This document shows, piece after piece, positions 19,440 to 29,083 of a DNA stretch of 64,000 nt (position 1 is the first letter of the stretch; each line of letters starts with the position of its first letter). The notes beneath the pieces were generated by a model. It was not told where the DNA came from, did no database searches, and worked only from the letters and a program-made list of their open reading frames with translations. The stretch is from NCBI GenBank assembly GCA_050251055.1, contig JBFWNL010000001.1, positions 757,055 through 821,054 of the forward strand, read 5' to 3'. This stretch comes from Bacteriovoracia bacterium (lineage in GTDB: Bacteria; Bdellovibrionota; UBA1018; JBFWNL01). The position numbers were made by a program, and so were the translations under genes.

Positions 19440-20782
19440 TCACGCGTGAGTACTTCCAGAAAATCTGCGAAACGCTTTTTAGCGAACGCCCGGCCCGGGA
19501 GCACCTCACGATGGAGCTCACCGCCGAAGCCAGCCAGTTTTGCCGCATCAACGCGGCCAAGATTCGGCAGCTCGGTACGGTCGCCGACGCGCTCTACGCC
19601 GTCCAACTTACCCAAGAAGGAACCAGCGCCGGTCAGCACCGCCAGGGCACGGCCTCGTTCACCTTGACCGGAGAAATAGAATCCGATCTCGTCCAAGCCC
19701 GTGCGGTCACCGCACGACTTCGCAGTGAGGTGGCCCAGCTGCCACCCGACCCGTTCTGCGAGGTCCCCAAGAACCACGGACATTCCAACTCCACGCGCAC
19801 TGGCCACCTTTTACGCCCGGACGAAGCCGCGGAAGCGCTGGTGAAACCCGCGCAAGGCGTCGACCTAGCCGGTATCTACGCCGCCGGCGCCGTGATCCGC
19901 GCGAACGCAAACTCCACCGGCCAGTTTCATTGGTTTAGCACCGACAACTTCGTCTTCGACTACTCCATTTACACGGCAAACCAAAAGGCGCTGAAAGGCT
20001 CCTTCGCCGGACAGCACTGGGATAGCGACACCTACGCCCTAGAGATGCGAAACGCCGCCGAAAGATCCCACGCGCTCGCGCAGGCGCCCAAGAAGCTGAG
20101 TCCGGGTGCCTACCGTACCTACCTTGCGCCTGCCTGCTTCAGCGAACTCTTACCGATGTTCTCTTGGGGATGCATCGGCGAGGCCTCGCTCCGGCAAGGG
20201 GATAGTCCCCTGCTACAGGTCCGCCAAGGGCGCCAACAATTCTCCCCGAAGTTCACCCTGTCCGAGGATTTCCGCGGCGGGGAAGTACCACGCTTTAATG
20301 ACAAAGGAGAAGTGGCGCCCGAGTACCTCGCCCTCATCGCCGAGGGCGAGCTCAAGAACACCCTCGTAAGCTCGCGGACCGCGCTCGAATACGGCCTAAC
20401 GGGAAATGGCGCGGGCACGAGCGAAGGATTGCGGGCGCCAGCCGTGGCGGGAGGATCGCTACCGGAGGGGGACGCGGTGCGGGCCCTTGGCACTGGCCTT
20501 TACCTTTCCAACCTGCACTACCTAAACTGGAGCGATCGTCTGCACGGACGCATCACCGGCATGACCCGTTACGCCTGCTTCTGGGTGGAGAACGGGAAGC
20601 TGCAATCCCCGATCGAGAATCTACGCTTCGATGACAGCATCTTCAGCCTGTTCGGAACCGCGCTAGAAGACCTCACCCGCGAATGCACACCGCTCACCAG
20701 CACGGACACCTACGGGTTCCGATCCCTGGGCGTGGCGAACGCCCCGGGCGTGCTATTAAAGCAGATGACTTTTACTCTTTAA
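19436..20782 (+). CDS. tldE: TldE/PmbA family protein
   Basis: GTGA overlap with tldD; no HExxxH; ITGMTRYACFWVENG..NLRF. Confidence 0.85.
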   Translation: MITREYFQKICETLFSERPAREHLTMELTAEASQFCRINAAKIRQLGTVADALYAVQLTQEGTSAGQHRQGTASFTLTGEIESDLVQARAVTARLRSEVAQLPPDPFCEVPKNHGHSNSTRTGHLLRPDEAAEALVKPAQGVDLAGIYAAGAVIRANANSTGQFHWFSTDNFVFDYSIYTANQKALKGSFAGQHWDSDTYALEMRNAAERSHALAQAPKKLSPGAYRTYLAPACFSELLPMFSWGCIGEASLRQGDSPLLQVRQGRQQFSPKFTLSEDFRGGEVPRFNDKGEVAPEYLALIAEGELKNTLVSSRTALEYGLTGNGAGTSEGLRAPAVAGGSLPEGDAVRALGTGLYLSNLHYLNWSDRLHGRITGMTRYACFWVENGKLQSPIENLRFDDSIFSLFGTALEDLTRECTPLTSTDTYGFRSLGVANAPGVLLKQMTFTL

Positions 20783-20788
20783 GGGCGA

Positions 20789-21496
20789 TTACTGGGCGGC
20801 GGCTACGGCGCCGCTGGCGGCAAGTACGCGTCTCAGCAGCCGCTGCTCGTCTTCGGCCTGCTCGAGCTTCGCGGCCAACTCGTCGGATTGCTGGGTGAGA
20901 TCCGCGAGCTTCGCCAGATCGGCGGTGTTTTGGGCGGCATCGGACCCATCGGTGGCCATGACCTTCGCGGGTTTCGTCGGAGACGCGATGTCCCGCGCGA
21001 TTTTCTGTAGAGCCGCCATCTCCGTAGCGACTTTCGCGCGGGTTTCCGTCCAAGCGACGATATCGCGCTCAGTGGCGCCCAGGCGCTGCTGGACCTTCGT
21101 CACGGAATAAACTTTGTCGTCCACCATCTTTTCGAAAAATTTCACTTCGATCTCAAGCTCGCGCATGCCGACGTTCACGGCTTGCAGCTGCTTTTCGTAC
21201 TGGGCGTGCACTTCCTGCGACATGACTTCTTTTTGGCCCTTGGTGGTTTGCCCGCTTTCGCTCACCCAGCAGTCGTCGCAGGCTTCTTTCGCGGCAGAGA
21301 GCCGCGCGGTCAGCTTCGCGCGCTGCGCTTGACCGGCCGTGAGATCGGACTTCGCGTCGATCAATTGGGTACGGATAAATTCTTTGATGTCGTCTTTTGC
21401 TTCGTCGGCCGCTCGGGCGCTCACGCTCAAACCGAGCACCAAGCCCAGCGTGCAAACGACAACCGCAAAACTCTCGCGAAAAATCTGACGGCTCAT
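20789..21496 (-). CDS. Secreted coiled-coil hypothetical protein
   Basis: Signal peptide, heptad-rich sequence, CDDC; SD AGGAG; sigma28-like promoter upstream. Confidence 0.7.
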   Translation of the reverse strand: MSRQIFRESFAVVVCTLGLVLGLSVSARAADEAKDDIKEFIRTQLIDAKSDLTAGQAQRAKLTARLSAAKEACDDCWVSESGQTTKGQKEVMSQEVHAQYEKQLQAVNVGMRELEIEVKFFEKMVDDKVYSVTKVQQRLGATERDIVAWTETRAKVATEMAALQKIARDIASPTKPAKVMATDGSDAAQNTADLAKLADLTQQSDELAAKLEQAEDEQRLLRRVLAASGAVAAAQ

Positions 21497-21520
21497 ACCT
21501 CACTCCTTATTCAACCTGTC

Positions 21521-21547
21521 TCATCGGCACAAATCCACAGAAATTTA
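21521..21547 (-). promoter_or_regulatory. Putative sigma28/FliA promoter
   Basis: TAAA-N15-GCCGATGA on the minus strand, near-consensus. Confidence 0.7.
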
Positions 21548-21670
21548 GTCCGTCAAAACCTTGACTCGCGCGGAGAATAAAGCTTGGACTTTCGGGACAC
21601 ATGCTAAACTGAAAACGAGGGGTAAAGGTAGTGAAGCTATAGAACCGGTCCATCCGGAAAGGGGCATACC

Positions 21671-22417
21671 ATGCGCTATTTCATCTTTACGCTAACGATA
21701 CTTTGTTCACTCACCGCCGCGGCGGCCGATATGCGCGGCATCAACATTTCCACCGGCGTCGTCTACCAAACCGGCGGCGATTCTATCCTAGGCAATCCGG
21801 GAGCCCTCTTGGGATCTCCGAAGGAAATCGACGCAAGCTACGCCACCGGCGGTGGCAGTAACCAGATCGACGGCAGCTTCTCGGGAAGCTCTTCGAGCGT
21901 CGGTTACGGCCTGGGGTACCACACCAACGCTTCCACGGCTTACGGCGGACTGGGCTTCGGCAGCGCCCGCTTCGGCATTGGCGCCAGCGCGGGCTACAAT
22001 CTTTCAGCTTCGAGCTTAGGCGCGAACATCGGTATCCAATATGGCGGATCGCAAGGCTTCGGCATCGGCGCCGCGGTTTACGATATCACCGGCGGGTTCA
22101 ACACCTACTCGATTGGCCTAGGCTTCCGCAAACCAGGCGGTCTCCAGTTTGAACTCGATTACGTGGCCGCGAGCACCAGCGTCGACGTGCTCGGAACCAC
22201 CGTCACGGCGAGCACCACCTCCATCGCGCCCGGGATTGCCTTTCAACTGGGACAAGCGGTGAGTCTCATGGCCGGCTATTCGGCGCTAACTTCTAACCTG
22301 GGCGGCGGCACCTTTCGCGCGGGCTTCAACGCCTGGCTCGGATCGAAGTTTGCCTTGTACTTCTTGTACAAGGCCAGTGGCTATGACTACACCGGCGGCT
22401 TGAGAATCAAGCTATAA
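21671..22417 (+). CDS. Gly/aromatic-rich putative outer-membrane beta-barrel protein
   Basis: Signal peptide; alternating amphipathic strands; C-terminus YTGGLRIKL. Confidence 0.6.
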   Translation: MRYFIFTLTILCSLTAAAADMRGINISTGVVYQTGGDSILGNPGALLGSPKEIDASYATGGGSNQIDGSFSGSSSSVGYGLGYHTNASTAYGGLGFGSARFGIGASAGYNLSASSLGANIGIQYGGSQGFGIGAAVYDITGGFNTYSIGLGFRKPGGLQFELDYVAASTSVDVLGTTVTASTTSIAPGIAFQLGQAVSLMAGYSALTSNLGGGTFRAGFNAWLGSKFALYFLYKASGYDYTGGLRIKL

Positions 22418-22432
22418 GCCGCGCCTTTGCCA

Positions 22433-23263
22433 CTACCTAGCTGATTTGAATAACTTTGGAAACAAGGGCACCGCCAGCAGTGCGAGCACCGGTACGCCCG
22501 CAAAGCACACCACGATGAAGGCCCCGGCGGGCAGGTCCCAGGCGTAACTCAGCGACATGCCGACTAGGCTCAGCGCTAGCCCCAGCATCCAGCCGAAGAT
22601 CAGCCGCGCCCGAATCGTCGTGAAAAAAAGCGTGCTGACCACGGCCGGTACGATCAGGTAGGCAAAAACCTGAAGCACCCCCGCCATACTGACGGAGGAC
22701 GTGATCACGACGCCAAATAGCGCGTAGAACACGAAGTCCCAAAGCGCGTGGCGCTGCGTGCTTTTACCGAAAGATGCGGCGATGAGCGGCTTGCGGAAAA
22801 CGAAATGCGCCGTAGCGACCGCGGCATAAATCAACGTCGTCTTGCCCACGTCATGCCAGGTGACCCAAAGCACCTGGCCGATGAGGATGTCCTTGATGTG
22901 CTCAGCCCCGTGCGCAATGCGATCGACAATCAGTACCACCGCCGCCGAGGCGAGCGCGTAAACGATGCCGATCATGGCCTCCTGGGGGAACTGCCGCTCG
23001 TGCCGGCGAGCGAGCGCGAAGAGGGCCGCCGCCACGAAGGTCGAACCCAAGGCGATGAAGTACGCCGGCGCCGAATGGTGCTCAAACCCCAGCAAGACGG
23101 CCACCGTCGCGCCCAGCGCCGCGACCTGCGCCAAACTCAAATCCACGAATATCACCCCGCGCGCAAGCACGTGCAGACCCAGGTAGCAGTGGATGCCCGC
23201 GAGGACCAGGCACATCACGAAAGGGGCGGCCAGGAAATGCAGCACCGTCGCCCAGTCGGTCAC
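22433..23263 (-). CDS. Metal ABC transporter permease (ZnuB/MntB-like)
   Basis: YLGLHVLARGVIFVDLSLAQVAALG; GVLQVFAYLIVP. Confidence 0.88.
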   Translation of the reverse strand: MTDWATVLHFLAAPFVMCLVLAGIHCYLGLHVLARGVIFVDLSLAQVAALGATVAVLLGFEHHSAPAYFIALGSTFVAAALFALARRHERQFPQEAMIGIVYALASAAVVLIVDRIAHGAEHIKDILIGQVLWVTWHDVGKTTLIYAAVATAHFVFRKPLIAASFGKSTQRHALWDFVFYALFGVVITSSVSMAGVLQVFAYLIVPAVVSTLFFTTIRARLIFGWMLGLALSLVGMSLSYAWDLPAGAFIVVCFAGVPVLALLAVPLFPKLFKSAR

Positions 23264-24183
23264 TGGCCACCTCCCGACTCCACCGCCTTAATCAACGTCT
23301 CGTAAAGATCGTCGAGCGTCGCGATGCCCTCGGCTCCTTCCACTAGGACCGGCACGGTGCGGGAGCGGATCTCGGGTATCGCGGAGCGGATCTTCTTTAT
23401 GACACTGTCATCGAAGTAGTTTTCCACTAGCACCAGCGGTACCTTGCGAGCGCGAATCACCTCAATCACGTGAATGATGTGGGCGCTCGTCGGCGGGATG
23501 CCGGGCTTCGGCTCCAATATCTCCGGATTAGCGATTCCGAACCGCGCGAGGAAATAAGTGAGTGTCTTGTGATAGGTCACCACTTGTTTCACGCCACTCC
23601 GAACGACCCGTGCCTGCCACTCCTTGGTCTTGGCGAGCAGCCGATCGCGCATTTTTTCAGCGCGCGCCTTGAAATCGGCTCGCTGCGTGGGACTCAGCTC
23701 ACCCAGCTTTTCTCCCAACTTTATCGCCACCGTCGCCATTCGCTCCGGATCCAGGTTGAAGTGGGGATTCCCGCCGCCGTGGACATCACCATCGGCACGC
23801 GTCAGCTTCCCCGTGGGGACTTCGAGCGGTTCAATCCACGCTCCCGCCTCCACGTACCCCGGCGCTCCGGGCATGACTTTGGGATTTCGCGCCCCCCGCA
23901 GGATGCTGGGGAGCCATCCCTGCTCCAGCTCCAGTCCCATGGCCACGATCAAATCCGCGCGACTCGCTTTCACCATATAAGAGGGCTTAGCCTCGATGAA
24001 ATGCGGATCTTGGGTGCCACGGGCGATCGAGTCCACCTCGACCTCCGGTCCACCCACTTCTTTTACCACGGCCGCGAGATCCGTGATCGTGGTGACTACC
24101 TTCAACTTGGCCTCGGCGGGCGTCGCCATCGCGAGCGCCACGCCCAAGACCACCATCCCATTACGCCACTGCATCGGGTTCAT
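23260..24183 (-). CDS. Metal ABC substrate-binding protein (ZnuA/TroA cluster)
   Basis: VVTT, QDPHF, GNPHF, VTYH, EPKPGIPP motifs; start taken as ATG 24183. Confidence 0.9.
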   Translation of the reverse strand: MNPMQWRNGMVVLGVALAMATPAEAKLKVVTTITDLAAVVKEVGGPEVEVDSIARGTQDPHFIEAKPSYMVKASRADLIVAMGLELEQGWLPSILRGARNPKVMPGAPGYVEAGAWIEPLEVPTGKLTRADGDVHGGGNPHFNLDPERMATVAIKLGEKLGELSPTQRADFKARAEKMRDRLLAKTKEWQARVVRSGVKQVVTYHKTLTYFLARFGIANPEILEPKPGIPPTSAHIIHVIEVIRARKVPLVLVENYFDDSVIKKIRSAIPEIRSRTVPVLVEGAEGIATLDDLYETLIKAVESGGGQ

Positions 24184-24187
24184 CCTC

Positions 24188-25495
24188 TTAATAGGCATGC
24201 GCGGGATGCGCGCCGATACTGATGTTGTACTGCAGGGTCATCCGGTGTTCGTCCGGCCCGGCGTCATCCGCCAAATGGTCGTACTGGGCGCGCAGCGCGG
24301 AGAACTCCGACGGAAAGAAGCCTAACAAGAGGCTCTGCTTATTCTTGATGCCAAACGCGTCCGAAACGGGCAGCCCCAGGAAGTCGTAGCGGCCTTGCAC
24401 CCACCAACGCTCGGCAAATTGGTACTGCAGCCACGTGGCCAAGCCACCGAGCCCGGATCCGTTCGGGTTGTTCTGGGCCGCCTGCGCTAGGTACTCGGTT
24501 GACCACGAAAGCGAGCGGTACTTCCCGCCTTCCGTCGGGCGAAATTTGAAGGTTAAATCAGCGCCGTAAACGTTTGAGCGGCCGTCCCACTGGTTCCAGC
24601 CCGTCGCACCGGACAAACCCAGTTCCATCGTCGTCGCGGCGGATAGATCCCATAGGTTTTTGAAGTGGGCCACGGTCACGAGGTCATTCGGATGCGCGCT
24701 CTTGTAAAGATCCGCTTCCTGCCCCGACATCACTTGCAGCGTGAACTCCATGAACCAGGAAGCCGGAATCAACACGGCCCCGGAAAGGCCCACATCGTTC
24801 ATGCCTTCATCGCCCAGGATATTCTGATTCGCTAGCGGCGCATCCACGAACGGATAGGCGTGACTGTGCAAGGTATTCTGGCGTCCGATGAAAGCCTTGA
24901 ACTTTCCGCCCTTGATCGTCACCGTCGGTACGGCCAAGGTTTCAAAGTAAACCTCCTCGGGCTCGAATGCGTAAGCGCCGTTCTCGCGATGGAGGCTAAA
25001 CAACCCCACGCCGCGAAAATAAGGATCCACGTCGGCAGTGAACTGCAGCTCTGCTTCCTGAAAATAGAATCCATTGGAGTCATCGGTCACTACGTCATTG
25101 CCACGCGTGGAATGGCGATATCCCCCAAGAAAGTTGGCGCTGACGTCGGGGTTAAAGCTCTTTGCCCGCGGATTCGGGCTCGCGTAGGCAGAGGTAATGG
25201 GCGGCTCCGGATTCGGTGCGGGTGTCGTCGGTATCGCCGTCGGCAAAACGGCCGGCGTAATAGCAGGAGAGGATGGGGCTCCGGCCGTAGCACCTCCTCC
25301 CGTCTCGGGGGCGAGCGGGACCCCGGAGCCGGACGAAACCGCGAGCGGCGGATCTTCCGGGGGAGGCGTGAACGTGATGATGGTGGTGGGCTTTGGGGCC
25401 GAGCGTTCCTTCTTTTTCTTTTCCGCCGCCAAGACGGGGGAATTAGACAAAGCAACGGACACGACGAAAGAAACAAAAATAGCCTGCGTGCGCAT
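24188..25495 (-). CDS. Outer-membrane beta-barrel associated with metal uptake
   Basis: Signal peptide, Pro-rich linker, FNPDVS, EAEL..VDPYF, NTLHSH, C-terminal IGAHPAHAY. Confidence 0.75.
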   Translation of the reverse strand: MRTQAIFVSFVVSVALSNSPVLAAEKKKKERSAPKPTTIITFTPPPEDPPLAVSSGSGVPLAPETGGGATAGAPSSPAITPAVLPTAIPTTPAPNPEPPITSAYASPNPRAKSFNPDVSANFLGGYRHSTRGNDVVTDDSNGFYFQEAELQFTADVDPYFRGVGLFSLHRENGAYAFEPEEVYFETLAVPTVTIKGGKFKAFIGRQNTLHSHAYPFVDAPLANQNILGDEGMNDVGLSGAVLIPASWFMEFTLQVMSGQEADLYKSAHPNDLVTVAHFKNLWDLSAATTMELGLSGATGWNQWDGRSNVYGADLTFKFRPTEGGKYRSLSWSTEYLAQAAQNNPNGSGLGGLATWLQYQFAERWWVQGRYDFLGLPVSDAFGIKNKQSLLLGFFPSEFSALRAQYDHLADDAGPDEHRMTLQYNISIGAHPAHAY

Positions 25496-25549
25496 GGCGA
25501 TTCTCCTAATTGCCTATGAAAGGCATGAATAAGTTAAAGAAATTGTACC

Positions 25550-25936
25550 TTAAGCGGAAACGAAAACGGAAAGGAAAGCAGGCGGAGCCCGCGCGCCCAA
25601 GGGGCCGCTGACGGTCCGCAGGTCTGGGGCGGACGCGGGTACAGATGCGAGATCAATGGCGCAAACCAAACCCAGCTCAAGGGAAGCGGGCCCAATGGTC
25701 ACCTTGGCTTGGCTCAAACCCAGGCAAAGTGCGCAGTCCCGGCTCTCAAGCCGAGTGTCGGCCGCCGCCGCGGAAATCGCCCCAAAAGCCGCATCCGGAG
25801 CGGTCACCGAGCGAGAAAACTCGTGCTCGATGGGGTGCACGACGGACACCACCGACTGCAGGATAAGCGTGGCCGTCAGGGCAAAAGCCCCGAACCAGCC
25901 GGCTAATCCAAAGCGTGGTTTCCGTGAGTTCTTCAA
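25550..25936 (-). CDS. DUF2946-like leader protein with CxxC and C-terminal RAPP motif
   Basis: N-terminal hydrophobic segment, HPIEHE, DCALC, GARAPP near the C-terminus; first gene of the metal uptake cluster. Confidence 0.7.
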   Translation of the reverse strand: MKNSRKPRFGLAGWFGAFALTATLILQSVVSVVHPIEHEFSRSVTAPDAAFGAISAAAADTRLESRDCALCLGLSQAKVTIGPASLELGLVCAIDLASVPASAPDLRTVSGPLGARAPPAFLSVFVSA

Positions 25937-26001
25937 GCAAACGGTTGATTAACACAGCCTCCCCCGAGTAGTCTAGCCAGAGGTCCCAGACCAATCGGCC
26001 G

Positions 26002-27378
26002 ATGAGCTCCCCTACGTTGCGGTACAGTATTTATGATGGCATTGCCTTTAGCCTCATGGTCGGCCTGGGTGAAACCTATCTCGCGGCGTTCGCCCTCGCC
26101 CTAGGCTATAACGACGTCGTCTCAGGCCTCATCACCGCCGCGCCCCTCTTTACCGGGGCGCTACTCCAACTCACTACACCCTACGGCGTGCGCAAGCTCG
26201 GGTCTTTCAAACGTTGGGTCTGCGCCTGTGTGGCGGCTCAGGGCCTAAGCTTTTTACCGTTCGTAGTGTTGGGCTTTCTTGGAGAACTACGCCCCTTGCC
26301 CGTGTTCGTGCTCTTTTTCCTGGTGGCCCTCTACTGGGCGGCCGGCATGGCGTCGGGGCCCGCTTGGAACACCTGGATGAGCACGATCATCCCGAAAGAC
26401 ACCCGGGTGAGCTTTTTTTCCCGACGAAACTGGATGATGAGCGCGGCGGTCTTAACGGGGATTTTGGTCGGCGGAGTCTCGCTCCATGCCGCGGGAACCG
26501 GCCCCTGGCTGCTCCCTACTTTCGCCCTGCTTTTCACCGGCGCCTGTTTAAGCCGCTTGCTCTCAGCCTACTTCCTCACGCGCCAAGACGAACCCAAGGG
26601 CGCATCGCTCGAGCTCCAGCGCGTGCCGTTACGCTCGCTGTGGCGAAAAATCCGCACGGAAAATTACGGCAAGATCCTGCTCTATCTCATGTGCGTGCAG
26701 GTCGGGGCGCAGTTTTCGGCTCCCTACTTTTCGCCGTTTATCTTAAGTCACCTGCAGTTCAGCTACGCCGAATTCATGTGGCTCGTGTCGGCGTCGCTGC
26801 TCGCGCGCATGCTCACCTCGCCCTTCGTCAGTCGCTGGACGCCACGTTGGGGGGTGCACCGATTGCTGCTGATCGCCGGAATCGGCATTATCCCGACGCC
26901 CGCCCTGCTCCTGCTTTCACAGGACATCGCGTGGATCACGCTCGTCCAAGTGACCGCCGGATTTTTCTGGGCGATTTACGAATTCGCGGCGTTCCTCATC
27001 TTGTTCGAGGAGATTCCGGAGAAAGAGCGCACGAATATCCTAACGACCTATAACCTCTTCAGCACACTGGCGATGCTCGTGGGTTCGGTTTGCGGCGGCT
27101 GGGTGCTCTCGACGTACCTAGGATCCTCTCAGGCATATATGATCGTCTTTCTCACGGCCTCGACCTTGCGTCTCCTCGCTATTTTTGCCCTGCTCAGTGC
27201 CGGCGAGATCAAGAAAATCCGCTTCAAACGGCTTCCCCTCGATTGGCGGGCGCCGTGGGGCCTACGGCCCTTGCAGGGATCCATCGCGAGGCTTTTCTTT
27301 CTCAAAGCCAAGCCCGTCGCCGGGGATCGGGCCGCTCCGCCCGCAGCCAAACCCGACCGCGAGGTTCCTCGCCCATGA
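26002..27378 (+). CDS. MFS transporter
   Basis: About 12 TM helices; SIYDGIAFSLMVGLGETY; PAWNTWMSTIIP..R..FFSRR. Confidence 0.85.
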   Translation: MSSPTLRYSIYDGIAFSLMVGLGETYLAAFALALGYNDVVSGLITAAPLFTGALLQLTTPYGVRKLGSFKRWVCACVAAQGLSFLPFVVLGFLGELRPLPVFVLFFLVALYWAAGMASGPAWNTWMSTIIPKDTRVSFFSRRNWMMSAAVLTGILVGGVSLHAAGTGPWLLPTFALLFTGACLSRLLSAYFLTRQDEPKGASLELQRVPLRSLWRKIRTENYGKILLYLMCVQVGAQFSAPYFSPFILSHLQFSYAEFMWLVSASLLARMLTSPFVSRWTPRWGVHRLLLIAGIGIIPTPALLLLSQDIAWITLVQVTAGFFWAIYEFAAFLILFEEIPEKERTNILTTYNLFSTLAMLVGSVCGGWVLSTYLGSSQAYMIVFLTASTLRLLAIFALLSAGEIKKIRFKRLPLDWRAPWGLRPLQGSIARLFFLKAKPVAGDRAAPPAAKPDREVPRP

Positions 27379-28781
27379 CCGGGCGTCGATTCCTTTTCAT
27401 GACTTCGGCGATCGGCGTGGTGTTGACCGCCCAGGGCGGCGCCCACGCGGCCGATCCGATTTCGTACGCCACCCGAAGCCATCCGTACTCGGGCTGGGGA
27501 AACACGATCCGTGGCGACATCCGCTCCATCGGGATGGCTGGCGCCACCTTCGGCCTTGCCGATACGTTCATCGGTTCGCTCGAAAATCCGGCGGGGCTAG
27601 CGATGACGCTGCCGAACTCCGGCTTACAAGCCAGCGGAAACCTGCTTTACGACGGCAACGTGCAAAACTACGACGAATCCGTTTCGAGTAGCATCCTCAT
27701 CGCGGGCATCAACGCCTATCCCGCCGGGTTCAGCTTCTCGTACTGGACACCGAATCGCGAAGGCCAGCCGTACACGCTGACCACGGGAGAAACCATTCAA
27801 CCGGCGGTGTCCGCCTCCGAATTTCGATTGTCCGCCGCACGTACCCTCGCCCAGGACCGCTTCGCCCTGGGGATCAGCTTGGTTTTGGGCAAAGGAAACC
27901 GGACGCTGGTCTATCCTGATCGAGGCAATATCGAAAGCAGCGCTACCGACTACCGGCTGGGTGTAGTCATCGGCGCACTCTACCAGTTTCCGCGCCGATG
28001 GCTCTTGGGTTTGACCTACGCTTCGGCCATGACCTACCAGAGCTCTAACCGTACCGATCTCACTCACGGGATCGATCAGTTTTACCAAGACATCCTCGTT
28101 CCCCATCGCGTGGGCATTGGCGCGGGCTGGATCCCGAATCGCTTCTTCCGCTTCGGTTTCGGCTTCGCCGTCACCGGGCCAATTTCAGGCGCTACCCTGC
28201 TACGTGACGATCAAACCCCCGTCGGCGATGGCGTCACCGTCCAGCCCCGGCTCGGTGCCCACTACCTCTTCGTCGACTACGCGGAGTTCAATGCCGCCCT
28301 CTCGCTCGGCAGCTACCTCGAGCCCTCGCGCGTGGCCGGCGCCAGGACCCGGGTGCACGGCACGGTCGGCATCGAGATCAACCCCTGGATTTTCAACCTG
28401 GGCTGGGCGCTCGATAAGAGCACCCGCTACAGCAACTATATTTTCAGCGTTGGGCTCGATGTCATCAAAGCGATGACCAAATTGGATTTGGTACCCGAAG
28501 CCTGGAAACCTTCGCACGCCGGGTTCTTTCCTTCACCGTCGCGCCTCTCGGAAACGGGCCTGCCTCGGCCGCTCGTGCGCAACTGGGATGAGCGTATGAA
28601 CGCGCCCGATATCATCCAAGTGAGCAAGGAGTTGCCGAAAAAACTCGAAGAGAAATTCAACGACCTTCTCGGCGATGAAAAGCCGGAGGCGGATAAAAAG
28701 TTCGAGACTCCGCCTAAACCGCCCGCGAAACCGAAGCGAACGAAGAAAAAACCTCGCGTGAAAAAGAAGAAGAAAACTTAA
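27375..28781 (+). CDS. Outer-membrane barrel, FadL/PorV-like N-terminus, Lys-rich tail
   Basis: ATGA overlap with MFS stop; signal peptide; RSIGMAGA...ENPAGL motif. Confidence 0.65.
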   Translation: MTGRRFLFMTSAIGVVLTAQGGAHAADPISYATRSHPYSGWGNTIRGDIRSIGMAGATFGLADTFIGSLENPAGLAMTLPNSGLQASGNLLYDGNVQNYDESVSSSILIAGINAYPAGFSFSYWTPNREGQPYTLTTGETIQPAVSASEFRLSAARTLAQDRFALGISLVLGKGNRTLVYPDRGNIESSATDYRLGVVIGALYQFPRRWLLGLTYASAMTYQSSNRTDLTHGIDQFYQDILVPHRVGIGAGWIPNRFFRFGFGFAVTGPISGATLLRDDQTPVGDGVTVQPRLGAHYLFVDYAEFNAALSLGSYLEPSRVAGARTRVHGTVGIEINPWIFNLGWALDKSTRYSNYIFSVGLDVIKAMTKLDLVPEAWKPSHAGFFPSPSRLSETGLPRPLVRNWDERMNAPDIIQVSKELPKKLEEKFNDLLGDEKPEADKKFETPPKPPAKPKRTKKKPRVKKKKKT

Positions 28782-28903
28782 TCGGCGTGAATGGGGAACT
28801 TAGGCGTGGTGCCCTTGTTCTGCTCGCGCTTCTTACGGGTCTTGCCCCGAGCGGAGTACTTATTACGGCGACGGTTCTTGGTGCGATTGCCACGTGCAGG
28901 CAT
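28778..28903 (-). CDS. 41-aa highly basic small protein (MPARGNRTKNRRRNKYSARGKTRKKREQNKGTTPKFPIHAD)
   Basis: Manual translation; AGGAGA SD 7 nt before ATG; upstream TTGACG -35-like box; stop shares TTAA with the convergent gene; below the ORF-track cutoff. Confidence 0.75.
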   Translation of the reverse strand: MPARGNRTKNRRRNKYSARGKTRKKREQNKGTTPKFPIHAD

Positions 28904-29083
28904 TTTACAATCTCCTGAAGACTTCCTAAAAATTTATGAATTCACAGTCTTAGTCCGCCCCTGGCGCGGCGTCAACCCCCAACCCCCCTCCGGACCCCCA
29001 GCAACCCCCGAAATTAATGGTTGATTGTTTTTATCCAATATGAGAGGGTGCGCGCGTCGGGTGGCTAAGATTTGAGGTATAAA

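Noticed and set aside
27090-27374. Long N-terminal extension of the 563-aa ORF
   Set aside because: Overlaps the MFS gene; ATG 27375 gives an ATGA overlap and a signal peptide
28779-28802. GCCGATTA sigma28-like box on the minus strand
   Set aside because: Spacer only 12 nt, and it lies within the coding end of the small basic protein
28791-29024. 77-aa plus-strand ORF
   Set aside because: Shadow of the better-supported minus-strand basic ORF; no SD and implausible composition
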